In this document: one piece after another, positions 26,663-35,929 of the stretch
Position numbering within the stretch: position 1 is the first letter of the stretch
How the letters are laid out: each line of letters begins with the position of its first letter
Assembly: GCA_938023415.1 (NCBI GenBank)
Contig: CALHEE010000028.1
Span: 1-54,818, forward strand
DNA: 54,818 bases
DNA from: Minisyncoccota bacterium
GTDB lineage: Bacteria; Patescibacteriota; Minisyncoccia; Minisyncoccales; GBS-2
Direction of reading: 5' to 3'
Position numbers and translations under genes: made by a program
Notes under the pieces: model-generated
The model's database searches: none
What the model was told of the DNA's origin: nothing
The model's input: the letters and a program-made list of their open reading frames with translations, nothing else

Positions 26663-27763
26663 TTATTTCAGAAAATAAATAATCTCATATAAAATCCCAA
26701 CTAAAAAGATGGTCATTAATGGTAAAAATAAAAAACTTTGAGGATTGATTTTTTTGTACATTAGTAAGATTAAAATCCCCTCAATTCCTAACATTATTCC
26801 ACCAACAAAAGAAATGACTTGAATAAATTGATTTATACCGAAAAAAAACAAAATTAAAGGGGTAAAAGTTGTAATCGCCCAAGCCAAATTTTTATTCAGT
26901 CTTAAATCATACCAAAAAATCTTTTTTAAGGTTAAACCCAGAGTAATGAGGGAAGTGAAAGTAGTTAAGAGACCAAAAAAAAGAACTAAAAAAGAAATTT
27001 TTTCGCCTAAAAAATTTTGCAAACCAGTTAAGGCTGATTCGCTTGTTTCTTTGCCAGAAATACCCAGAATGAGATAAATAAAGAAAAGATAAATAAAAAT
27101 CGGGATTAAAATGGAAATAACAATTACTTTTTTCAATAGTTTTTTTCTTTCCCCTAACATTTCTTCTGTTTCCGGAATTAAACTTGCTCCCCACAAAGAA
27201 AACAAAATGGGACCGTAAGGCAAAAACCATTGAGAAAGATTAATCGGAAAAAAAAGATTTTCTATTTTTATTAAATTGTGACTTTGGAAAAAAAATAAGA
27301 CCAAAATGAAAAAAAATAAAATCAAACCCCAAAATTCCAATTTAGCAATCGATTTTATTCCAAAAAAGATTAACAGAGAAGCAAAAGAAAAATAAATCAA
27401 AGTCCAAAAAATGTTTCCAAATCCAAAAATTGGAGAAAGCATTTTAGTTAAAAATTCTCCTCCAACGATCAAATAAGCTAAAATGGCTCCCAAAATTCCC
27501 AAAATAGAGGAAAAAAAAGCAACTCTTTCTCCCCATTTTCCAAGATAATACCCAGCAAATCCAGGAAGTCTTTTAAGATCTGGGGTTTTCAAAGCTAATT
27601 CTCCAAAGAGCAAATGAACCAAAATTACCAAAACTCCTAAAACCAGAAAATAAAAAAGAACGACCGGTAAACCAACCTGCAATGTGATATAGGGCAAAGA
27701 AAAAAGCCCAACCCCAATGATTGTTCCTGAAAGTGTGGCAACGGCATAAATAATCTTTCTCAT
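26663..27763 (-). CDS. Amino acid permease-like transporter (Trp/Tyr permease-type fold)
   Basis: 366 aa, about 11 TM helices. The N-terminus AVATLSGTIIGVGLFSLPY is typical of aromatic/hydroxy amino acid permeases. Confidence 0.55.
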   Translation of the reverse strand: MRKIIYAVATLSGTIIGVGLFSLPYITLQVGLPVVLFYFLVLGVLVILVHLLFGELALKTPDLKRLPGFAGYYLGKWGERVAFFSSILGILGAILAYLIVGGEFLTKMLSPIFGFGNIFWTLIYFSFASLLIFFGIKSIAKLEFWGLILFFFILVLFFFQSHNLIKIENLFFPINLSQWFLPYGPILFSLWGASLIPETEEMLGERKKLLKKVIVISILIPIFIYLFFIYLILGISGKETSESALTGLQNFLGEKISFLVLFFGLLTTFTSLITLGLTLKKIFWYDLRLNKNLAWAITTFTPLILFFFGINQFIQVISFVGGIMLGIEGILILLMYKKINPQSFLFLPLMTIFLVGILYEIIYFLK

Positions 27764-27779
27764 AGAAATTGATTTGGTT

Positions 27780-30341
27780 TTACTTTTTCTTTAAAAAATA
27801 TTTTACTAATTCAAAGAAGAACAAATTTAAGATACCAAAAATTAATAAAAATAACCATTCTAAAAATCCAAGCGGTTTTGTTTTTAATAAAAACTGAAAT
27901 GGAGGAAAATAAACAGCTAATAAAAGAAAGAAAAAAGCCCCAAGGACGGCAAAATTTAACACGGGATTTGAAAAGGGATGATATTCCCAAATATTTTTTC
28001 TCATATTTTTACAAGAAAAGGCATAGAAAAAAGAACCCAAAGCCAAGCCCATAAAAGAAAAGGTTCTTAATTTTTCGATGGGTAAGAAAAAGTGATTCAA
28101 GAGTATCAGAAAAAACAAAAGCAAAATAATATCAGTTAAGACTCCCGCAAATAAAATTAAATATTTTATCTCTTTAGTTAAGATGGGAATTTTGGGATCT
28201 TCTGGTTTTCTTTCCATGATTCCCTCTTCTTCTGGTTCAAAGGCAAAGGCCAAACCCTGAGGTGAACCTTCGATGAAATTTTTCCATAAAATCTGAATAG
28301 GTAAAATGGGCAGAGGGAGGTTTAATAAAAAAGCACCAAAAACCAAAATAATCTCAGAGAAACATTCCGCACACATAAAAAGAATTGTCTTTCTGGCGTT
28401 ATCTAACACCCTTCTTCCTTCTCTGATTGCTTCTTCAATGACATAAAAATTATCTTCTAATAAAATTAAATCAGAAGCCTCTTTAGCCACTTCTGTTCCT
28501 GAGCCGACAGCAATGCCAATATCAGCTGCCTTTAAGGCGGGGGCATCGTTTACTCCGTCACCGGTCATGGCCACTACTTTCCCTTTCCTCTGCCAAGCTC
28601 GACAAATTCTTAATTTATGTTTCGGTTCTGTTCTGGCAAAAATTCTAATCTTTGGTAAAATTTCATCTAATTTTTCATCGCTCATTTTTTCTAGCTCGTT
28701 TCCTTCTAAAATTTCATCTTCTCTTATTTTAAATCCGAGCTCTTCAGCAGTTGCTTTTACCGTCAATCTATGATCACCACTGATAATTATTGGCAAGGCT
28801 CCAGCTTTTTGGGAAACTTCAATTGCTTCTTTTACCCCCTTTTTCAAGGGATCTTTAAAAGTAATGAGTCCCAAAAATTCAAAATCTCCTTTTTTAAATT
28901 CTTGATCAAAACTTTCAAAAAAAGATACTCTTTTTTCTGCCACGCCCAAAATTCTGAAGCCTTTTTCAGCCTCTCTTTCAACTTTTTCTTCCCACTCTTT
29001 TTTATTTTTTGAAATTTCCAGCAGTCTTTCTGGAGCGCCACAAAGAGAAATTACAAATTCTTGGTTTTCTTTCAAAACAACTCCCGAAAATTTTTTTCGA
29101 GAATCAAAAGGAAGTTCAAAGACCTTATTTCTGATTAAATCTTCTTTCACAATACCCTCTTTTAAGCCCTCCTTTAAAATAGCTCTTTCCATTGGTCTTC
29201 CTCTAATGATCCATTTTTCTTTTGGCTCCTCTGGGTTTTCCACAAAAGCATCTGAAGTAATCATTGCGGATTTTAAAACTTTTTCTCTCTCTCCCAAAAT
29301 TTCAGCAATTTCCATTTTCCCTTCAGTTAAGGTCAAGGTTTTGTCAGTCAAAATGATGGAGGTGCTACCTAAAGTTTCAATTGAGGCTAAGTTTCTAATG
29401 AGTCCTTTTTTTGTCAATATTGTCTGAGCTCCTAAAGCCAAAATGACAGTAATGGCAATAGGAAGGCCTTCAGGAATGGAAGAAACAGCTAAAGCGATCG
29501 CGGTTTCTAAAGCTAACAAAAAATCAAGTCCACGGATAAGCCCTACCAGGAAAATAATAAAGACTAAAAGAAAAACAAAGCCGGCAATAAAAATACTTAA
29601 ATTTTTAATCTTTTTTTGGAGAGGGGTTTTCTTTTGAATTTCTTCAATTTCTTGGGAAATTTTTCCAATTTCGGTATTTTTTCCTGTTTCAGTTACCACC
29701 ATCTTTCCTTTTCCTTCTTCTACGACCGTACCCATATAAACCATGTTTTCTCGATCTGCTAAAATCGTTTCTTTTGGCAGAGGATCATGGTGTTTTAAAG
29801 ATGGTAAAAACTCCCCCGTTAAAATCATTTCATTGACTTTTAAATTTTGCGATTCAAAAATTCTTCCGTCAGCTGGAACTTTGTCCCCTGCCTCTAAAAC
29901 CACAATGTCCCCACAAACTAAGTCTTTTGCCTCAACCTGCTTTATTTTCCCATCTCTAATTACTTTTGACTCAATCTTTAAAACCTTCTTTAAACTTTGA
30001 AAAATTTTACCTGCTTTATATTCTTGAAAAAAACCGACGATCGCATTCACCAAAACTACTAAAAAGACAGCCAAAGCATCGATTTTTTCTCCCAAAAATA
30101 AAATGGCAAAACCTGCCAAAATTAAAATAAGAATAAAAAGATTTTTGAACTGATTGAAGAAAATTGTCAGTTTAGAAAGAGGTTTTTTTTCTGGAATTTC
30201 ATTTAAACCAAATTCTTTTTGTCTGACTCTTATCTCTTTTTCAGAAAGGCCATCTTTTAAATTGGTTTTGAGAATTTTTTCTATTTCATCAATCTCTAAA
30301 TTGTGCCAAAAAACCTCAGCCATATTCTTAATTTCTTTCAA
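27780..30341 (-). CDS. P-type cation-transporting ATPase, type IIA (Ca2+-ATPase-like), with a non-canonical DKTLT phosphorylation motif
   Basis: The N-terminus GLSEKEIRVRQKEFGLNEIPEKK, PADGR, LTGE, TGDGVNDAPALKAADIGIAVG and 10 TM helices are present. The phosphorylation site reads DKTLTLT instead of DKTGTLT. Confidence 0.85.
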   Translation of the reverse strand: MKEIKNMAEVFWHNLEIDEIEKILKTNLKDGLSEKEIRVRQKEFGLNEIPEKKPLSKLTIFFNQFKNLFILILILAGFAILFLGEKIDALAVFLVVLVNAIVGFFQEYKAGKIFQSLKKVLKIESKVIRDGKIKQVEAKDLVCGDIVVLEAGDKVPADGRIFESQNLKVNEMILTGEFLPSLKHHDPLPKETILADRENMVYMGTVVEEGKGKMVVTETGKNTEIGKISQEIEEIQKKTPLQKKIKNLSIFIAGFVFLLVFIIFLVGLIRGLDFLLALETAIALAVSSIPEGLPIAITVILALGAQTILTKKGLIRNLASIETLGSTSIILTDKTLTLTEGKMEIAEILGEREKVLKSAMITSDAFVENPEEPKEKWIIRGRPMERAILKEGLKEGIVKEDLIRNKVFELPFDSRKKFSGVVLKENQEFVISLCGAPERLLEISKNKKEWEEKVEREAEKGFRILGVAEKRVSFFESFDQEFKKGDFEFLGLITFKDPLKKGVKEAIEVSQKAGALPIIISGDHRLTVKATAEELGFKIREDEILEGNELEKMSDEKLDEILPKIRIFARTEPKHKLRICRAWQRKGKVVAMTGDGVNDAPALKAADIGIAVGSGTEVAKEASDLILLEDNFYVIEEAIREGRRVLDNARKTILFMCAECFSEIILVFGAFLLNLPLPILPIQILWKNFIEGSPQGLAFAFEPEEEGIMERKPEDPKIPILTKEIKYLILFAGVLTDIILLLFFLILLNHFFLPIEKLRTFSFMGLALGSFFYAFSCKNMRKNIWEYHPFSNPVLNFAVLGAFFFLLLAVYFPPFQFLLKTKPLGFLEWLFLLIFGILNLFFFELVKYFLKKK

Positions 30342-30371
30342 ATAAAAAAATGAAGTGCCAGATTATGAGTG

Positions 30372-30445
30372 TGCCGCCTATGGGATTTGAACCCATGATC
30401 TCCTGCTTGAGAAACAGGCGTCCTGGACCACTAGACGAAGGCGGC
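30372..30445 (-). tRNA. tRNA-Glu (anticodon CTC)
   Basis: Manual cloverleaf: acceptor GCCGCCT/AGGCGGC, D arm GTCTAGTGGTCCAGGAC, anticodon arm CCTGT-TTCTCAA-GCAGG, T arm ATGGG-TTCAAAT-CCCAT. No CCA is encoded. Confidence 0.85.
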
Positions 30446-30453
30446 ATATTTTT

Positions 30454-30481
30454 AGTTTAACAAATAAATAAAATTCGTCAA
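30454..30481 (-). promoter_or_regulatory. Sigma-70-like promoter for tRNA-Glu (TTGACG-16 nt-TAAACT)
   Basis: Minus strand: TTGACG at 30481-30476 and TAAACT at 30459-30454, 8 nt before the mature tRNA 5' end. Confidence 0.5.
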
Positions 30482-30616
30482 AAAGAAATTTGAGATTTTA
30501 AAAAGTCAGAGCAAAGCTTTTCAAAATTCCTCTTCCAGCTTTTTGCCAAAGTGGTGGGCGGTCTATTTTGAAATTTTTGTCAAAATTATATCTTCCAAAA
30601 AAATAAGATGAAAATT

Positions 30617-31672
30617 TTACCAAGCCTTTCTGATTTCTTCGACAATTTTTTCCATTTCCATTTCTTTTGAGCCATCAACCAAAATCAAATCTCCTTGCTT
30701 AATTTTTTCTTGGAGGATGAGCTTTCCTTCTTCGATGGTGTTGAATGAGAAAATTTTTTCCTGAGGCATTCCTTTTTCAAAGGCCCCTTTTGCAATAAAC
30801 TTTGCCCTTTGGCCAAAGGTAAATAAAATATCAGCATTTTTGACCACCCTTTCCCCGATTGTCTCATGGGCTTCGATGGTATACTTTCCGATCCCAATCA
30901 CATCTCCTAAAACAGCAATTTTTCTCTTCGCCCAACTAATTTTTCCTAAAATTTCAATTGCTTCGATCATTGAAAAAACAGTGGCTGATTCTGAATCATC
31001 CAAAATCCAAGAATTCTTTATTCCTTCAATAAGTCTCATTTTTCCAGGCAAAGAAGTATAATTTTTTAGGGCCTGTGAGATTTCAACCAAATTTAAACCA
31101 AAAATTTTTCCCACAACCACCGAAGCTAAAGCAGCATAAACTTGTTCTTTGCCAAAAACTTTTTCTAACCAAATGGGAACGAGATTTCCTTGGTAGTTTA
31201 ATTTAAAGTTAGTTCCCATATTAAGCTTGAGATCAGTGGCCCTAAAATCTGCTCCTTCTTGAAAACCAAAGGTGAGCTCTTTTAAATTAGTTTCTTCTTT
31301 AATTTCTCTCACGGTTTCGTCATCAAAATTTAAAATTAAATACCCAAAATGGGGCAAAAATCGCGTGAGTTTTCTTATCTCTAAGGTTTCTTCAATTTCT
31401 GAAGCAAAAAAATTTTTATCAAAGGGAATATCGGTACAATGAGTAACGACTAAAACAGGCAAAGATGAATTTTCAACCAAAAACTTCCATTCTTTTTGTT
31501 CTTTTTCGTCTTTTAGCTCAGCTTCCAAGATAAAAACTTCTTTACCTACTTTAAAATAAGTTTTCAAAACTTGAAAAATTGCTTCTTTTGTCGTCTTTTT
31601 TCCTTTGCCTGTAACTAAAATTAACTTTGGTTTTTTAAAAAGAAAATGAAATTTTTGATAAAGCTTGAACAT
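30617..31672 (-). CDS. Mur ligase family protein, MurF-like but lacking the N-terminal domain and with a divergent P-loop
   Basis: VTGKGKKTTKEAI replaces TGTNGKTT. The C-terminal domain (ILDDSESATVFSMIEAIEIL, AVLGDV) is MurF-like. It is the last gene of the mraZ unit. Confidence 0.55.
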   Translation of the reverse strand: MFKLYQKFHFLFKKPKLILVTGKGKKTTKEAIFQVLKTYFKVGKEVFILEAELKDEKEQKEWKFLVENSSLPVLVVTHCTDIPFDKNFFASEIEETLEIRKLTRFLPHFGYLILNFDDETVREIKEETNLKELTFGFQEGADFRATDLKLNMGTNFKLNYQGNLVPIWLEKVFGKEQVYAALASVVVGKIFGLNLVEISQALKNYTSLPGKMRLIEGIKNSWILDDSESATVFSMIEAIEILGKISWAKRKIAVLGDVIGIGKYTIEAHETIGERVVKNADILFTFGQRAKFIAKGAFEKGMPQEKIFSFNTIEEGKLILQEKIKQGDLILVDGSKEMEMEKIVEEIRKAW

Positions 31673-31676
31673 ATTC

Positions 31677-33248
31677 TTATTGATAATCCGGTGGAATTTG
31701 ATAATAATTGATGAGATACTCTATCAATTCTTTGGCTATCGAAGTAGTGGAAACTCCGGCTGCTTTTGCTTTAGGATTATCCAATTTTACTAAAAATAAA
31801 AATTTTGGATTAAAAGCAGGAACCCAACCGATAAAGCTCTGCCAAGTTTTGTCTGAATATCCTTTTCTTCGAATTCCTAAGCTAGCATAAGGAATCTGAG
31901 AGGTACCCGTTTTTCCGGCAATCCAATAACCAGACAGCTTGGCTCTTTTACCATAACCATTTTCGACGACACTTACTAACATTTTGGTTAAAGAAAGAGC
32001 GGTATCTTGAGAAATGACGATTCTTTCTTCTTTCTTTACTTTATCATCTAAAAGAAGATGGGGATTGATCAATTTTCCGCCATTAGCAATGGCTGAAATT
32101 GCCCTGACAATTTGGATAGGGGTTAATTCAATGCCTTGACCGAAAGAGGCGGTGGCAAAATTAACTTCGTATCCCTTTTTGAACTCTTTGTTTTCAGAAT
32201 AAATTTCTGGGAGATCAATACCAGTTTTTTCAAAAATACCAAACTTTTCGAGATATTTTAAAAAAAGATGGTGTCCTAATTGCTGTTCCACAAAAACTGC
32301 TCCTGTGTTTATTGACCATTCTAAAATTTCAGTGATTGTTCGTTCACCCCAAACCTTGTTTTCAAAATTATAAATTGTCCAGCCCCCAATTTTCACATTT
32401 CCTCTGTCGATAAAAGTGGTCTCTGGAGTAATTTTCTTTTCTTCAATGGCTGCTGCGATCGTGATCGGTTTAAAAATCGAACCTGGTTCAAACAATTTCT
32501 GGGTAGCACCATTTTTAAAAATTTCAAAATCGTTTTCCTTTTGATATTCATTGGGATCAAAATTTGGAAAGTCAGCCATGGCAAAGACTTCTCCTCCATT
32601 AGGATCAATCACAATGATTTGACCTCCCTCAATATCTAATTTTTCTTTGGCTTTTTCTAAAAGCTTTTCCGCTTTAAATTGCAAATTATAATCTAAGGTC
32701 AAAACAATATCCCTTCCTGAAGATAAAATTTTATCGTAATATTCTTCCAGGCCATATTGTCCTTTTCCTTCGCTATTTAAAAAGCCAACGATTTTTGAGG
32801 CCAACTTCCCATAAGGATAATATCTTACCCTTTCTTCTTCAATGAAGACACCTTTAAGCTTTAATTTCTTTAAGGCCTCTACCTCCTCTTGGCTTAATTT
32901 TCTTTTAATAAGAAGGTATGGACTATTACTTTTTATTTTTTCTAAAATTAAATTTTCTGGAAGATTTAAGATTTGACTTAGGATACTGGCTGTTTCTTCT
33001 TTATTTTCGATTTCTTGGCAATTGAGGCGGAGAGAGGGTAAGCTTACATTAATAGCTAATTCTTCACCATTTCTAAAGAGAATTTTTCCCCTTTCGGTAA
33101 AATCCTGATCTACCGAAATACGAAGCCCTTTAGAAAGAGATTTGTAAAAATCTCCTTTAAAAATCTGCAGTTCTATTAATCGAGCGATAGTCACTGCAGC
33201 AAAAAAGAAAACAAAACTATAAATAATAATTATTCTGAAGTTTCTCAT
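31677..33248 (-). CDS. ftsI: Penicillin-binding protein, division transpeptidase FtsI (class B PBP)
   Basis: N-terminal TM anchor, SxxK (SIFKP), SxN (SINTG), and KTGT. It follows ftsL in the dcw order. Confidence 0.85.
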   Translation of the reverse strand: MRNFRIIIIYSFVFFFAAVTIARLIELQIFKGDFYKSLSKGLRISVDQDFTERGKILFRNGEELAINVSLPSLRLNCQEIENKEETASILSQILNLPENLILEKIKSNSPYLLIKRKLSQEEVEALKKLKLKGVFIEEERVRYYPYGKLASKIVGFLNSEGKGQYGLEEYYDKILSSGRDIVLTLDYNLQFKAEKLLEKAKEKLDIEGGQIIVIDPNGGEVFAMADFPNFDPNEYQKENDFEIFKNGATQKLFEPGSIFKPITIAAAIEEKKITPETTFIDRGNVKIGGWTIYNFENKVWGERTITEILEWSINTGAVFVEQQLGHHLFLKYLEKFGIFEKTGIDLPEIYSENKEFKKGYEVNFATASFGQGIELTPIQIVRAISAIANGGKLINPHLLLDDKVKKEERIVISQDTALSLTKMLVSVVENGYGKRAKLSGYWIAGKTGTSQIPYASLGIRRKGYSDKTWQSFIGWVPAFNPKFLFLVKLDNPKAKAAGVSTTSIAKELIEYLINYYQIPPDYQ

Positions 33249-33251
33249 TAC

Positions 33252-33593
33252 TCATTTCGTAACTAAACTGTTTTCAAAAATTTGAATATATTTAACCTCC
33301 TTTGGATTCACTTTCACAAAAGAATCTTTCTGGAGATAATTTTCTACATTTGAAAGAGAACTGTTTTTTGCAAATTCAATTGAGAGTAAATCAATCTCTT
33401 TCGAAAGTTCAAAAATTTCTTTTTTGTATTTTTGTTGCTGATAAAATTCTTTGGTATAAAGTCCCACTTGAACAATATAAAGCAAAAGCAAAATCCAGGC
33501 AAAAAAGAAATTAATTAAAAAAAAGATTTTTAAAATGTTTTTCAGAGACCTTTGAGAAAATGATATTGATGGAGAGAGGACAAAAGCCTTCAT
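33252..33593 (-). CDS. FtsL-like cell division protein (single TM helix plus coiled coil)
   Basis: 113 aa, one TM helix followed by a coiled-coil stretch. It occupies the position between rsmH and ftsI. Confidence 0.5.
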   Translation of the reverse strand: MKAFVLSPSISFSQRSLKNILKIFFLINFFFAWILLLLYIVQVGLYTKEFYQQQKYKKEIFELSKEIDLLSIEFAKNSSLSNVENYLQKDSFVKVNPKEVKYIQIFENSLVTK

Positions 33594-34468
33594 ATTTTTT
33601 GGGCAGCCCGCAATTTGGCAGACCTTGCCCTGGGATTAATTTGAATTTCTTCAATCGAGGGCCGGATGACCTTTTTGGTTAAAATTTTGAGACAACCTTT
33701 TTGAGCCATTGATTTTAAAAAATTTTTTACGATTTTATCCTCTAAAGAATGAAAAGAAATGACAACCATTCTTCCACCAATTTTTAGAATTTCAAGTGCT
33801 TGAGGAAGAACAATTTCTAAATTGGTTAACTCTTCATTTACCGCGATTCTCAAAGCCTGAAAGGTTTTGGTGGCAAAATGAATTTTCCTCTGGTGGTACC
33901 ATCTAGGAGTAGCTCTCTTTATTATTTCCACCAATTGAAGGGTCGTCTTTATAGGTTTTGCCTTTCTTTCTCTGATGATTTCTTTGGCAATCCTTTTGGC
34001 AAATTTTTCTTGAGCAAATTTCTTCAAAATTTTTTCCAGATCTCTTTCTGGCCACTGATTCAAAATTTTTTCTGCAGTGAGCATTCTGGAATTCCCGTCG
34101 TATCGCATAATAAGAGGTTCGTCTCTTTGAAAGCTAAATCCTCGTCCTGAGCTTTCTAGGTGCCAACTGGAAAGTCCCAGATCAAAGAGAATACCAGAAA
34201 TTTCTTTAAATTTTTCTCTTTGAACGATCTCTTTCAGATTGACAAAGGAATCATTCACTAAGACCAATCTTTCAACTTTTTCTTTTGATAATTTTTCATA
34301 AAGAGCAGGGTCCAATTCAATGGCCAAGACTTTTCCATTTGGGGCAATCTTTTCCAAAATCGCAAAGGCATGGCCACCTTCTCCAAAGGTAGCGTCAATA
34401 AAATTTTCATTGGGCTGAGGATTAAGATATTTTAAAACTTCTTTTTGAAGAACTGGGATGTGGGACAT
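33590..34468 (-). CDS. rsmH: 16S rRNA (cytosine1402-N4)-methyltransferase
   Basis: HIPVLQKEVLKYL, DATFGEGGH, DLGLSS and FHSLEDK. Confidence 0.92.
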   Translation of the reverse strand: MSHIPVLQKEVLKYLNPQPNENFIDATFGEGGHAFAILEKIAPNGKVLAIELDPALYEKLSKEKVERLVLVNDSFVNLKEIVQREKFKEISGILFDLGLSSWHLESSGRGFSFQRDEPLIMRYDGNSRMLTAEKILNQWPERDLEKILKKFAQEKFAKRIAKEIIRERKAKPIKTTLQLVEIIKRATPRWYHQRKIHFATKTFQALRIAVNEELTNLEIVLPQALEILKIGGRMVVISFHSLEDKIVKNFLKSMAQKGCLKILTKKVIRPSIEEIQINPRARSAKLRAAQKI

Positions 34469-34469
34469 T

Positions 34470-34901
34470 TTATACTCCTAATTCTCTTAGTTTTTCAACT
34501 ATATCGCCCGCAGCCATTTCTGTTTTCCTTTTATATTCTTGCCACCTTTTTTCGTCCCAAATTTCAATCCGGTTTGAAAGTCCCAAAATAGCTACATTCT
34601 TTTTTAAACCAGCATAAGACTTTAAATAATCCGGAATCAAAATCCGACCCAATTTATCAAAATGAACTTCGACTGCCCCGGAAAGGACAATTCTCATAAA
34701 TCCCCTCGCCTCTGGCTGAGAATTGGGTAAGCTTTCTAATTTTTTTGCCATCTTTGTCCATTCCTCCAATGGATAAATTACCAAGCAGTTATCTAATCCT
34801 CTCGTTAAGACAGCCTTTTTTCCTAAAGCTTGTCTAAAATTTGGTGGGATGGCCAATCGCTTCTTTTCATCCATCGAATATGTATATTCGCCAATAAACA
34901 T
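34470..34901 (-). CDS. mraZ: Division/cell wall cluster transcriptional regulator MraZ
   Basis: MFIGEYTYSMDEKKRLAIP and a second LDKLGRILIP repeat. The start is at M18; the longer ORF merely translates the operator repeats. Confidence 0.9.
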   Translation of the reverse strand: MFIGEYTYSMDEKKRLAIPPNFRQALGKKAVLTRGLDNCLVIYPLEEWTKMAKKLESLPNSQPEARGFMRIVLSGAVEVHFDKLGRILIPDYLKSYAGLKKNVAILGLSNRIEIWDEKRWQEYKRKTEMAAGDIVEKLRELGV

Positions 34902-34962
34902 ACTTTTCCACAAAAAACACGTTTTTTCCCAAAGTTTTCCACAATTTTCCACCTATTTTCAC
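34902..34962 (-). promoter_or_regulatory. Array of MraZ-box direct repeats with 10-bp periodicity
   Basis: The minus strand reads GTGAAAATAG GTGGAAAATT GTGGAAAACT TTGGGAAAAA ACGTGTTTTT TGTGGAAAAG T-ATG. These GTGG/TGGG boxes lie between the -10 box and the mraZ start. Confidence 0.7.
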
Positions 34963-34989
34963 TTTATCTCACAAAAACCTCCTCGTCAA
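34961..34989 (-). promoter_or_regulatory. Sigma-70-like mraZ promoter (TTGACG-17 nt-TAAAGT)
   Basis: Minus strand: TTGACG at 34989-34984 and TAAAGT at 34966-34961. Confidence 0.55.
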
Positions 34990-35119
34990 TCCTAAAAGAC
35001 AACCTTAGAAAATAAATAGAAAATTTGGGTATTTTCCACAGATAATTCACAGAAAAAATTAAAATTTCCTTCTAAAAACTGAGTGCTAAAACCTTAAGTT
35101 TTTGTTAAAAGTAATTTAG

Positions 35120-35923
35120 TTAATCTCGATACTTATAAGGGACGAGGTTACCAAATCTCAGGTCAATATACTCTAAGTTTTTTCTGTTTTCAGGAAGTAA
35201 TTCTTTTTCCAAAAAAACTTGCAATTTTGTCAATTGCCATTCAAGATCTTCTTTTAAATTAAAATAAATTTCAAATCCTTCGGAAGTTTTGAGATTGATT
35301 CTTCCTTCTTCCGTGAGAAAAATTTCAGTTAAAGAAATATCAAAAAGCTCCTTTAGCCTAGACTCGATCTTTAAAATAGAAGAAATGGTTTCTTTTGGTA
35401 AAACCTTCTCTCCCAACTTAGGTTGTAAAGTAAAATGAGAAGTTTTAATTGTGAGAAATTTTTCCTCTGGCTGAGATACTTCTTGAAAAATGATTCCTTC
35501 TTGGTCGATAAAAAATTGTTTTTCGTTTATCAAAAAAATGGTCACTGGTATTCTTTCTTTTAAATTTACCAACAAAAAATTGGGCAATTTTCTTTTAATT
35601 TTCACCTGAAAAATCTGAGGAAATTTTTCTAACATTTCCTTTTCTATTTTACCTACCCTCAACAAAAAAATACTTCTTGAGAGAAAGGGACCGATAGATT
35701 TTTCCATTTTTGATTCCAGAAATTCTGTTAATTGAAGAGGAGAGAGGCTTTGATTACCAGAAATTTTAATTTCTTTAAGCTGGAAAAAAGATCCTAAAAA
35801 AAGAAAATAAAACAAAGACAAAGAAAATATTAAAATAAAAACAACTAACCAAAAATTTCTGTTTTTGAAAAGTGGTTTTTTTTTCTTAAGAGGATAATAT
35901 TTCCTGTATTTATTTTTTCTCAT
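35120..35923 (-). CDS. ftsQ: Cell division protein FtsQ (POTRA domain)
   Basis: Basic N-terminus, one TM helix, then a POTRA-like segment (LKEIKISGNQSLSPLQL). The C-terminus DLRFGNLVPYKYR is typical of FtsQ/DivIB. Confidence 0.7.
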   Translation of the reverse strand: MRKNKYRKYYPLKKKKPLFKNRNFWLVVFILIFSLSLFYFLFLGSFFQLKEIKISGNQSLSPLQLTEFLESKMEKSIGPFLSRSIFLLRVGKIEKEMLEKFPQIFQVKIKRKLPNFLLVNLKERIPVTIFLINEKQFFIDQEGIIFQEVSQPEEKFLTIKTSHFTLQPKLGEKVLPKETISSILKIESRLKELFDISLTEIFLTEEGRINLKTSEGFEIYFNLKEDLEWQLTKLQVFLEKELLPENRKNLEYIDLRFGNLVPYKYRD

Positions 35924-35929
35924 TTTCTC

